This document shows, one piece after another, positions 54,632 to 64,000 of a stretch of 64,000 nucleotides of DNA. Both the position numbers and the translations under genes were made by a program. Origin of the DNA: Podarcis cretensis (Eukaryota). A model generated the notes under the pieces. That model was not told where the DNA came from. It saw only the letters and a program-made list of their open reading frames with translations, and did no database searches. The DNA lies in contig OX638158.1 in the NCBI GenBank assembly GCA_951804945.1, positions 19,282,001 to 19,346,000 on the forward strand, written 5' to 3'. Positions within the stretch are counted from its first letter, which is position 1, and every line of letters begins with the position of its first letter.

Positions 54632-56988
54632 GTTTACATTTCTGAAGTTTAGTGCATCTAATATTTATTGAAAATATTTTAATATCACTGTTCATACAAA
54701 CTTTTTCAACATATACTGGAGCTAGCAACTTCACTGGTGAGCAGTGCAAATTATATGACTGCCCCCTATGCCTCTGGAAAATATCAGCATTGATTTTTCA
54801 ACCCAGATTTTTTCCCAAGCAGAATGAGCACCTTTCATGTATTTACTGTTCAACTCGCAATGCAACAACTTCTTTCTTAGACTCAATTCATATGAACTAT
54901 TATTGGTGTCTTTACTGTGAAATGATTGTGGAGTACAAGAAATGACAAACCAAAATTGCCAGCCTACCCACTTACCACTCATGTCTGTTAACTGGGTGTG
55001 GAATACTGCTACTGACCTATCAAGAAGGAATTACTACTTGCCTAACTACAAAGATGGTGCGAGTAGCTCACTCAAAGAACACCTGCAATCCTTTCAATTC
55101 ATGCACCCGTATGCACAAACACGGGGTAGCCAGAAAGCTGACAATGTACAGACAGCTACATACAATATGACCCTTATCTGGTTCACAAAGGGGGCAATGC
55201 TATGGTCCTAGCTCCTTCAAAGCCCTGGCCTAACTGATGTCAGCATCAGTATTGTCAAAAAGCAGCATGCTAGAAAATGATTTGGACCTGAATGATCCAG
55301 ATTCCTTCCAGTCCCATGACATGCCCGCAAACTGGAGGGAAATTCAGTCCACTTCTGAGTGCATTTAGATCTCTATCTCCTCTTCATTTCATTGTTTCCA
55401 ATGCTGCAGCTACAATGGCGCAACTGACTTCTGTGTGCACAATGGAGTTTCCTCTTCTTCTCCTGTCACCTCCAGACCTCACCCCACCCCCCACATCCTC
55501 TAAATCAGCTGTGAAGGATTGGGGCATCCTCCAGAGCAGAGTTTGGGAGTATGGACAGTAGAGAGGAAATAGAAATCCTATTGCACCTATGGAACTACAT
55601 GCACAAAGAATTGGATAAACCCATTGGAACTCAAGAGCATCCCTCCACCCTCACTTCCACAGTGCCAGCTTGAGTCTGTCAGTTTGTAGTAGAATAATGT
55701 GGTAGAACCACCATCATTCTTCCCCTCTCCTCCCATCCACACAAATGCACCCCTTAGGATTGAAGCCTTAATCACTTACCATTCCATAAAACATATCTGA
55801 AGCAATACCAATTTACATTTCTACCTCACTTTAAACATGACCTAACATGTGTCAGGCAGACAGACTTTAAGAGTCACTTCACAACAGACAGGGCAAACCA
55901 CTAGTGTGACAGGCAGTGTTGCTCCTACAAGCATGCAATGTACACTGGTGAACTGTAATAGTCACAGTTCTCTAGTGCATGACCACAGTTTTTTTGATAT
56001 TACACACTTGCCCGACACACATTACCACAGCCAAACATACTGTAACAGGGATTTTTTATTAAATGTGGAGAGGGAACAAGAAGAAAATCTCTGGATAGTT
56101 ATTCCAGAGAAAATATCGTATCAGAAAGATTTTTTTACTTCGGGTTACATACACAAACATATAATAAACAATGTATGCCGCAGTATCATTACCAAGCTGA
56201 GGTATACAGTTAGTAGAAATATGAAGGCTTTGCACAAATTTAACAGGGTTGTGCTAAACTTAGTGCCTTTGCAGCTCCACAGAATTCTCATTTTCCAAAT
56301 ATTTTATCACCACATTGTACAATGGACTCAGCCCTAGTCAATATAAAACCATTCCCTACTGACTTCTTTTTAATTTAAAAAGGGTTTGCTATCATTTGAC
56401 AGGTTGCAGATGTGAACCAAAACTCAACAGCCTGAGTAGTGAAGCTACCAAAGTATATACCAAAATCTTAAATTGAGACTATCATCTAATGTTAGCAGAT
56501 ATAGGCCTGATTCACATATTGGCGTGATTTGCACAACCCAGTACACTAAACTATGGTTTACCACACCCACACACTCCCAGAGAGTAATTCACAGCCACTG
56601 TGCTCCTCTCCCCAGTCCACCTTATTGTCACACCACATAAAGTTAAGTCAAAGTTTTATTTAATGTGTTATCCAATCTCTCGCCCATGGTTGAGCTGTAG
56701 CCAAGAATAAACCTTGGCTACAGCTTGTGGCTAGTAAGAAGAGAACTTAACCACGAGCCCAGTATCATGAGCCTGGTTCCAGGCCATTAAGAGTAACCAA
56801 TGCTTCCCAGATCACCTTTACAGCACACACAAAAATGAGACTATTTAACATATAGCCATGATCAATTGTAATCTTCCACGGATCACGCACAGGAATACAG
56901 CCATTCTTTTGGGACTATCAATTTGGCAGTAGGGGAGTGAGTGCCTGTCTACCCTAACCCTGAAGGCAAGCCGACACCTTTCTATTAC

Positions 56989-57771
56989 CTGAAGCTCACA
57001 CCAAGCAACCTCCACTGTGGTCTCCGTGTCCAGCCCCTTGTAGACAGTCTTGAAGGAGCCTCTACCAATCTCGATGTCAAACTTAAGAAAACGGCCATCT
57101 GGGGAGACGGCCACAGCTTTGGTCTCCAGCTCCTCAATATCTTCCTGCTGTTTAGTCCGCTCTTCTTGCAGATCCCGGGCAGAAACGGCAGTGGTTCCCG
57201 CTGTACTGGTAGGGGGCAGTGGGGTGACCTCTGTTCCATCCTCCTTGGACAGCAGCAGTGGGGCAACGTCCTTTGTTACCAACGCCTCTTGACCAGACTG
57301 CCCCTCTGCGGGTGGAGGCAGAGGGGGTGCCTGCTGCAGGAGCAGCGTGGGAGCCTGGCTAGCACTGACAGAAGCACATGCTGCCTGGATGACAGACTCC
57401 GGCGGCGAGCCCAGCACGGGCGGGATGCTCCCTCGGGCGGCTGCAGGAGGGGGAGGCGCTGCGGGCTGCAGCCGCGGAAGCTCCAGAGCGGTCGCATTCG
57501 AGTCGCAAATGACACTCCGGCGGAAAAAGCGGTGCTCGGTGGCGGCCGCGCCACGGCTGTCCTTGTCCATGGTGTGGCGGCGTCGGCGATACTCCTCGAT
57601 GCGGGCCCCGCTGCCTTCCGAGCCTTCGGGGTCCCCGGTGCCGGCGGTAGCGGTGGCAGCGGCGGCGACCCCCAGCTTCTCACCAACGGAGCTGTCCGAG
57701 CTGGAGCCGTTCTTGGGCGGGGGCGGCGGAGGAGCCAGGAAGCGGGGAGTCTCCGAAGCGCCCCCCGACAT
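56989..57771 (-). CDS. WNK1: WNK1 exon 1 coding part (783 nt, 261 codons), serine/threonine kinase WNK1 N-terminus
   Basis: GGCACC-ATG at 57771; [31 protein letters not shown] (Akt site), [11 protein letters not shown] (WNK catalytic Lys in subdomain I), VAWCELQ (Cys replacing the usual Lys); donor CAG|GTAATA at 56988. Confidence 0.98.
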
Positions 57772-57880
57772 GGTGCCGGAGGAGGAGGGAAACGCGGCGA
57801 AGGCGCGGGAGCCGCGGCGGCAGGAGCAACACCAGCAGCTGCCGCTGCTGCAGCAGCAACAGCAGCTGACTCGAGGAGGG

Positions 57881-58106
57881 TCAATGCAAGGCGGGGAGCG
57901 CGCCGAGGAGCTGCTCTCGCGGCGAAAGCGGCGGCGGCGGCAGTGGAGGCTCCCGGAGGCTCCTCACCGCGAGGAGGAAAGGCAGCAGCGGCGACGGCTG
58001 TTGCTGCTGCTGCTGTGGAAGCAGAGCGGGCTGGGCCGGCGGCGGCAGGCGGTCAGTGTCCGCATCCATCCTGCTGCAGCGGGGGGCCGAGCAGCGGGGC
58101 CGACAT
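57881..58106 (-). other. Cluster of three upstream ORFs in the WNK1 5'UTR
   Basis: ATGs at 58106 (17 aa, stop 58053), 58069 (62 aa, stop 57881) and 58065 (33 aa, stop 57964). Confidence 0.6.
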
Positions 58107-58641
58107 GGAGCAGCAAACAGCGGCGAAGATGAGGAGGGATCCGATGAGGAGCGGGGGGGGGGGTCGCAGGAGAAAGGCGGAGAAGGAGCCGGGCGGGAGC
58201 CCACGGCAGGCCCCGAGCCGACGGGGTGGGGTGCGGGGCTGGCCGAGGCCCTTCCCTGTCGGGGCCGCGCGCGCTCTGCCTCGCCCCGCCGCCCGCTCCT
58301 TGCTTCGAGTCCGGTCCAGTCAGAGAGCCAGCCGCCGCCGCCGCCGCCGGAGAGTCGCCTTCCGTCCCCTCACACGATGCCGGGACTCCCGCCGTCGCCG
58401 CCCCTCCTTCCCTCGTTCGCTCCTCTCACCCGGAGGAGGAGGAGGCCACCGCGCGCCTCACGCTGCGAGAGTGGCTGGCCTGAGAGGCGGGGTGTGGGAA
58501 GGAGGCAGAAGAAATATTATAATCTAAGAAGGGAAGACGAGCTCGTCCCGCCCGTCCGCCTCAGCTCCTTCCCGTCCTCCTTTCGCTCGCGGCTCCTGAG
58601 GGGAGTGGGGGATGGGCCTCCCCGCTGCCACCTCTCCCAGC

Positions 58642-58935
58642 CCCGGGGAACTCGCCGCGCTAAATGGCGACTGTACCCGAAACCGACACACACGCACACT
58701 CTCACTCACAGGGAGCCACAGAGACAGCAAGCCTCGGAGGCCACGCCCCCCTTTTTCCGTCCGCACTCCACCGCGCCTGCGTCAACGCCGCTTCTCCTTC
58801 GCGGCTGCCTGGGGGATGTAGTTCGCGGGTGTCTCAGAAGCGGGCCGCCGCGGCGCGGCCTACAGGTCCCGTGATGCACCGCAGGCAGAGAGGGTTGAGG
58901 AGGAATTGGAGGGAACTGTGGGAGTTGTAGTTTTC
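58642..58935 (-). promoter_or_regulatory. Putative WNK1 core promoter: YY1-like CGCCATTT near the TSS, KLF/Sp box, three ZNF143/THAP11-type motifs
   Basis: CGCCATTTAGCGCGG (58669-58655, minus); GCCACGCCCCC (~58740-58750); ACTACA-nn-TCCC-type motifs at 58809-58824 (-), 58859-58880 (+), 58911-58933 (-); no TATA box seen upstream of the inferred TSS. Confidence 0.6.
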
Positions 58936-59467
58936 CTTTCACAGAGGACTTGGAAGCTTTCTCCCCTCGCACGCGCGCCCCGTTCGCTGCCTCAGAGGAG
59001 AGTGCGTACTAAAGGGAGATGGGGAGAGAGAGGAAAGGAGCCATTATCAGTGGGTTGTTTCTGAAGCGAAGGAGTTTCCCATCATGCTTAACTCACCTAC
59101 TTTGGACTTCCAGCAGAAGCTGTGAACTTTAAATGAGAACAAGTACCTTCCTTAATTTTATACAGCCCAGCTTCTCAGGAGAATTGTTTCGTACTTCTTA
59201 TTTTGCCACCGGCGCTGGTTTTAGAGAGCTATGTGAGAAAGCCTAAAAGTAAGCTAAATCTGTCCGTGGTTTTTTAGTTTTGGAAGCAATTCTATTCACA
59301 TTTACTTGGAATTAAGCTCCATGGAACACAGTAAACAGTTAGACTCACCCACTTTCTGATTTAAATTAAGTGAGAGGTTTATTGTTAGGGATTGAAACTA
59401 GATAGAACTCAAAATATGGTCAGGATGAAACCAGTTCACTTCTGATTATTCACATGGTTTAGTATTA

Positions 59468-59728
59468 CAGTGGTACCTCGAGTTAAGTACGGTACTTAAT
59501 TCGTTCCAGAGGTCTGTACTTAACCTGAAACTGTTCTTAACCTGAAGCACCACTTTAGGTATTGGGGCCTCCTGCTGCCGCCGCGCCGCTGGAACACAAT
59601 TTCTGTTCTCATCCTGAAGCTAAGTTCTTAACCTGAAGCACTATTTCTGAGTTAGCCTGTAACCTGAAGCGTAACCTGTAACCTGAAGCGTATGTAACGT
59701 GAAGTGTATGTAACCCGAAGTACCACTG
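59468..59728 (-). mobile_element. Tigger-like MITE (3429 family)
   Basis: Same TIRs and TA TSD; expanded internal TAACCTGAAGC units. Confidence 0.9.
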
Positions 59729-60549
59729 TACATCTTAAGCGGGCCAATGATTTGCTTTGGTTGGTTGTTGGTTTAGTTAACAACATAAGAGGAGCTCACT
59801 GTTGCAGGCCAGTGACCCCTTCAGTGCATTGCCCAGCTGAAACAATTTCCAATTCCAAACATTATTATTATTATTAATTTATTAAATTTCTATGAGCCTA
59901 TGGGAAACATGAAAGCAGAACCTGAGGGCAACAGCACACACTCTATTTGTGATTCCCAGCAATTGGCATTCGGGGATATTGCTTCCAACAGAGACACCAT
60001 GGCTAAAAGCCTTATTATCTTCCATGAATTTGTCTACTACTCCAACTCATAGGTTACGTAGTAAGTGAAGAAACAGTCCTTGCAGAACATGTAAACCCCG
60101 CCCCAAGGCAGCTGCTTATATCCTGCACTTCACAAAAGAGAAATTTCCTAAGTCAGGATGAATCCATGTATGTGTATGTCTTTAATGGTGTATGTGACTG
60201 GAAAACATGACTAGTAACAGCTTCTTGCTGCATTCCTACACAGTGAAACGGGCAATTGAGCCATCAGCACATGTGGCAAACTACAAATGAAACTGATGTG
60301 ATATCCTAGTGTAATCAGGAACAATCCTCCTAATTAATATTTGAGTTTCAGAATTGGCATTCCACTGGTGTTTCTCCCATAATACCTTCTAAATGAAATG
60401 ATAATCTTTTTATGAGGGGACTGATTGGTTGATTTGATTAGGGGTCACCAACTCAGCAACTGTGGGCCTTCATTGCCTTCATTGTTGCATGCAGGCAGGG
60501 GCCCCAGAATCTGAGCTTTAATTATAATAAAAATAATTTTAAAAGTTGG

Positions 60550-60846
60550 GGCCCATCTGTACTATACATTTAAAGCAGTATCAGACCACTTTAAATGGTA
60601 ATGGTTTCTGTCAAAGAATCATGGGAACTGTAGTTTATTATAGGTAGTGAGAATTAGGAGACCCCTATACTGTACTCACAGAGCTACCATTCCCAGAATT
60701 TCCTGGAAAGAGGGACTGGCTGTTATACCATTCTGATAATTCTATCTCTTGGAGGAGAACGGAGGTTTCTGAACCAATGACAGTCCCCCTGATTCTTTGG
60801 GGAAATCCATTATTGTTTCTGCTTTAAATATATAGTCCAGATAGGT
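60550..60846. mobile_element. Inverted-repeat MITE-like element
   Basis: Ends CCATCTGTACTATACATTTAAAGCAG / CTGCTTTAAATATATAGTCCAGATAGG are imperfect inverted repeats. Confidence 0.7.
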
Positions 60847-61594
60847 AGGACCTTATTCTATAGCCCTCCTAGAAAGTAAGTTATGAAACAAAATGTACTG
60901 ATAGCCTTCTAAACAATTTCAGTGAAATTAGCCAGCCTAGCTGCTCATGCCTGGTTTATTAGTGAAGTTAGATTGATAAGTGAACTATTTCAACACCAGG
61001 CCACAGAAAACCCTAAGCTTAGGGTCTCCCCACCCACATCCACTTTTGTAAACTTTTTCTGCTTACTCTTATTTTCTTGTGGTCCTTGGAATCTCTGTAC
61101 TTTGCTCCTTTTTCCCAACAACAACAATGCATTATTCCTATGGTGGATTCATCTGAGTTCAGGAACTTCCTAGCAGTTATTTTCTGCAAATATTACTACA
61201 CAATAAGTGCAGGTGAATGTTAAAGAATCTTCACTCCAAATGGCAAATGCAAAATATGGAAACTTTGCAAAGAAGCTTAATGTCTCCTGTGATGCAAAAG
61301 GTGATGTCCAAGCATTCATTAATAATTAACTGCACTGTAGAGTTAATGTACAGTAGGGGGTACTCATGACTACTTCAGAAGTAAGTTTTTGTGTTTAATA
61401 GGGCTTACTCCTAGGTAAGTGGGTACAGGATAGCAGAACAGACTTCAGTTTAAGACTGCCATTGAAGAAAACAGAGGTATTGTTTAACAGCTATATCTTC
61501 AAAATCAGGGCTAGCAAGACAGCTAACTTCCTGTGGTAAACATTACAGTTTTCTGGGTGAAGGGAGAGCAGCAAAGACTGATCTCTCTTGTTCT

Positions 61595-61789
61595 TTAAAG
61601 ACCAACTAAGTTAGTTCTTGGTATGAGCTTTCGTGTGCATGCACACTTCTTCAGATATCTGAAGAAGTGTGCATGCACACGAAAGCTCATACCAAGAACT
61701 AACTTAGTTGGTCTTTAAGGTGCTACTGGAAGGAATTTTTTTTTTGTTTGTTTTGACTATGGCAGACCAACACGGCTACCTATCTGTAA
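61595..61789 (+). mobile_element. Penelope-like element terminal (pLTR) fragment with inverted duplication
   Basis: Perfect palindrome 61595-61718; 12-bp TSD CTCTCTTGTTCT at 61583-61594 and 61790-61801; hammerhead core motifs. Confidence 0.8.
61656..61691 (+). ncRNA. Minimal type I hammerhead ribozyme motif (PLE-associated), helix I truncated
   Basis: TAT-CTGAAGA-A-GTGTGCATGCACAC-GAAA-GC-TC-ATA: CUGANGA box, helix II, GAAA box, palindromic AGCU helix III, UH site. Confidence 0.65.
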
Positions 61790-63249
61790 CTCTCTTGTTC
61801 TGTTTTATGCTATGCCCCCCCTCACAGTAGCCATTTGTGCTGTGCCAGTCCCCATCCCCACGCTACTCATAGCACGCTCTCAAAATCTGAAGTGTGTCCA
61901 CTTTTCCACAAGGAGTGATGACCTCTGAATTAGATGCTGCTTATTATATATTTGGCCCAATTCTGGTTTTGGTTTTGTTGTTGCTTTTTAGGGATGGGGG
62001 AGAAATTCAATTCCATGCATATTTAAAGGTGTACCTACCCAATTCACACTTTTGAAAACAACATATATCACTTTGTGTAATGTTTTAACTATACCAAGTT
62101 TTTTCTTCTTTTTTTCAGAAATATTTTGTTGTCTTCACAAGAGCAGCCCGATGAACTCAAGGAAGCCCTTAGACTTTTGTGAGTAAATAAGCCTTTTGTT
62201 TTGTGAACTGACTCAAAATCAGCTTTTAATTATATGCAACATTTTAACATTATATTAAACAACTTTGCAGTGTTGATTAAATACTTCATAACACTAGCAT
62301 GCTTTAAAAATCAGCAAACTTTGTGCTGCATCCGAAATATTGAGTTCTGAACTCAATCGGTGTGATTCAGCCAAATACAAATGACTTAAGGAGCACTGCA
62401 AAACAAAAACCAAAAACACTTGGCTGTGGATGCAAGGAAGCACAATTGATTCTTCTTTATACGTCTATTGACTGGAACTTTCTTTCAATGACTGGTGCAC
62501 TGACTAGAAGAATAGACAATTAATAAGAAAGCAAGTGCTTAAAAGTCACCTAGACTTACCAGCTCTGTGTAATATGAGGCAAACATATGAAGAGCTTGCT
62601 GGATTAAGCCAACGGCCCATCTATTCCAGTCATCCTGTTCTCATACTGAACACCCAGATGCCTGTGGGAGACCTGCAAGCAGGACCCAAACGCAAGAGCT
62701 CTCACCTGTGGTTTCCAGCAACTGATATTCAGGATACGGCTTCCCCCTGTGGAAGCAGAGTATAACCATCATGGCTAGTAGCCATTGATCGTCTCCTTAG
62801 GATGGGGTGGGAGAGCCTCAGACCCAGGGGACAAATGTGGCCTTCCAGGATTCTTCCTAAGCCAAACCCATTCCAAGTCCTACTGCATGCTTTTGCTCAC
62901 CTGGAAAGTGTATTTAAACTGTGACAACGCCTCTTGAGGATGCTAAGGTGTCTATGTGTGCACAATTTTGTATGACTGGAATGTGGTCTTGCTTCACCAA
63001 TGTTTTTTGGCCTTTGGCCCCACTCAGAACTGGCACGTGTCCTCCAGCAGGCTCCATATGTTGGATGTAGGAAGGTTCTATCCATGGGCTGGAAAAGGTT
63101 CCCTAGCCCTGCATTAGAGACACTCATAAGGGCAAAGAATTCCATTAGTCTATAAATTGAAGATGGTCAGTTTTTATATTGGTTTTTTCGTGTTTTAAAC
63201 TTTTAAAATTGCATTGGTTTAGAAGGAGATTAATAAATGAATGGTAATA

Positions 63250-63512
63250 AAACAGGATTCACTAGTATAGCAACTTTTTTCAGAATATAACATTTTGTTC
63301 ACGTGTGTCACCTCTTCTGCATTATTCCTGTTGAAGGAGCCACCATAGCTCATCATTTTTTGTGCTTTTAACTGTTTTTTCTTATGTGTAAATCACATTT
63401 AGACAGTGGTTTTTGAGAAGAAGTTATGATAATGATAATTTAAAAACAGGATTTATCTGTCAGCTTTTTCAGGATATAATATTTTGTTGCATGTGTGTCA
63501 CCTCTGCTACAT
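63250..63512. repeat. Diverged local direct repeat (~70-bp cores, ~190-bp spacing)
   Basis: AAACAGGATT...TTTTTCAG.ATATAA.ATTTTGTT..GTGTGTCACCTCT occurs at ~63250 and ~63443. Confidence 0.7.
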
Positions 63513-64000
63513 AGTCAAGGACCAGCCTTTGTATTCAAGCCTGTACCTTTTCGAGAGGTGAGAACATGCCTAAGCCCATTGAAAGCAGTGGTTTTAGGAG
63601 CACCTAACTCTGCTTGGGATTGTAGCAGTGCCAGTGGCAGTGCCAGGCAATCCTAGAGATATACAGTTGAAAGTTAGCCTCATTGAGTTTAATCAGGCTT
63701 ACTCTGTAGCAAGGGTGTTTAGGATTCTAGTTTTAACAGGTTAGCTCTGTGTACACATTTTGTAAAACAAATACTAAAAACCTTCAGGCTATCACAATGC
63801 TGATCTGTAACCCTTAAATCCATAGACAAATTATTTTGGCATTGTCACACCTTGGGGTTCTTCCTTCCCCAAGCTTACTATTGATTTGTAAGCATTTTCT
63901 GAAGCGTGATCAGAAATGAAATATAGTTGCTGTAACTGGTTAATGGTTCAGTCACGCCTCTTCTGAACCCAAACTCATATCTGCCAACACATTAAAATCT

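Larger units (their letters stand above)
57170..59000. promoter_or_regulatory. CpG island spanning the WNK1 promoter, 5'UTR and exon 1
   Basis: Abrupt high GC and CpG density versus CpG-depleted flanks. Confidence 0.93.

Noticed and set aside
56693-56725. 13-bp hairpin AGCTGTAGCCAAG / CTTGGCTACAGCT as a possible miRNA or terminator
   Set aside because: Too short for a pre-miRNA and lies within an old palindromic repeat remnant.
56845-56988. C-terminal tail of the 308-aa ORF (VIERCRLAF...)
   Set aside because: Read-through into intron 1 past the CAG|GTAATA donor; WNK similarity ends at CELQ.
57276-57884. 202-aa minus-strand alternative-frame ORF with poly-Ala overlapping the WNK1 start
   Set aside because: Starts at TTG, is low-complexity from GCT/GCA repeats, and has no other support.
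56941-58527. 528-aa plus-strand ORF and other long ORFs across the CpG island
   Set aside because: Antisense or alternative-frame shadows of GC-rich WNK1 exon 1 and its 5'UTR; stop codons are scarce at this GC content; several have non-ATG starts and none shows a recognisable domain.

Overview
Vertebrate genomic DNA, most likely a squamate reptile; the repeat families suggest a lacertid-type lizard (inference). The window holds the 5' part of the WNK1 kinase gene on the minus strand: a CpG-island promoter (~57.2-59.0 kb), coding exons 1-5 with GT-AG junctions and consistent phases, and the alternative first exon 4a of the kidney-specific kinase-defective isoform (KS-WNK1, 5258-5344). The gene continues past position 1. 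Introns and upstream DNA carry TA-flanked Tc1/mariner-type MITEs, hAT MITEs, BovB, CR1, L1 and L2 fragments, and SINEs. Most interesting observations: (1) a candidate 25-nt frameshifting poison microexon 68 nt upstream of exon 4; (2) three overlapping uORFs, one per frame, in the WNK1 5'UTR; (3) a perfect 124-bp palindrome from a Penelope-like element carrying a minimal hammerhead-ribozyme core; (4) a ~1.3-kb composite BovB-flank-BovB insertion bracketed by one target-site duplication, probably a 3' transduction; (5) loss of the internal Met used by the mammalian P2 isoform. No prokaryotic-type system is present. All comparisons to human WNK1 are from memory and need alignment.
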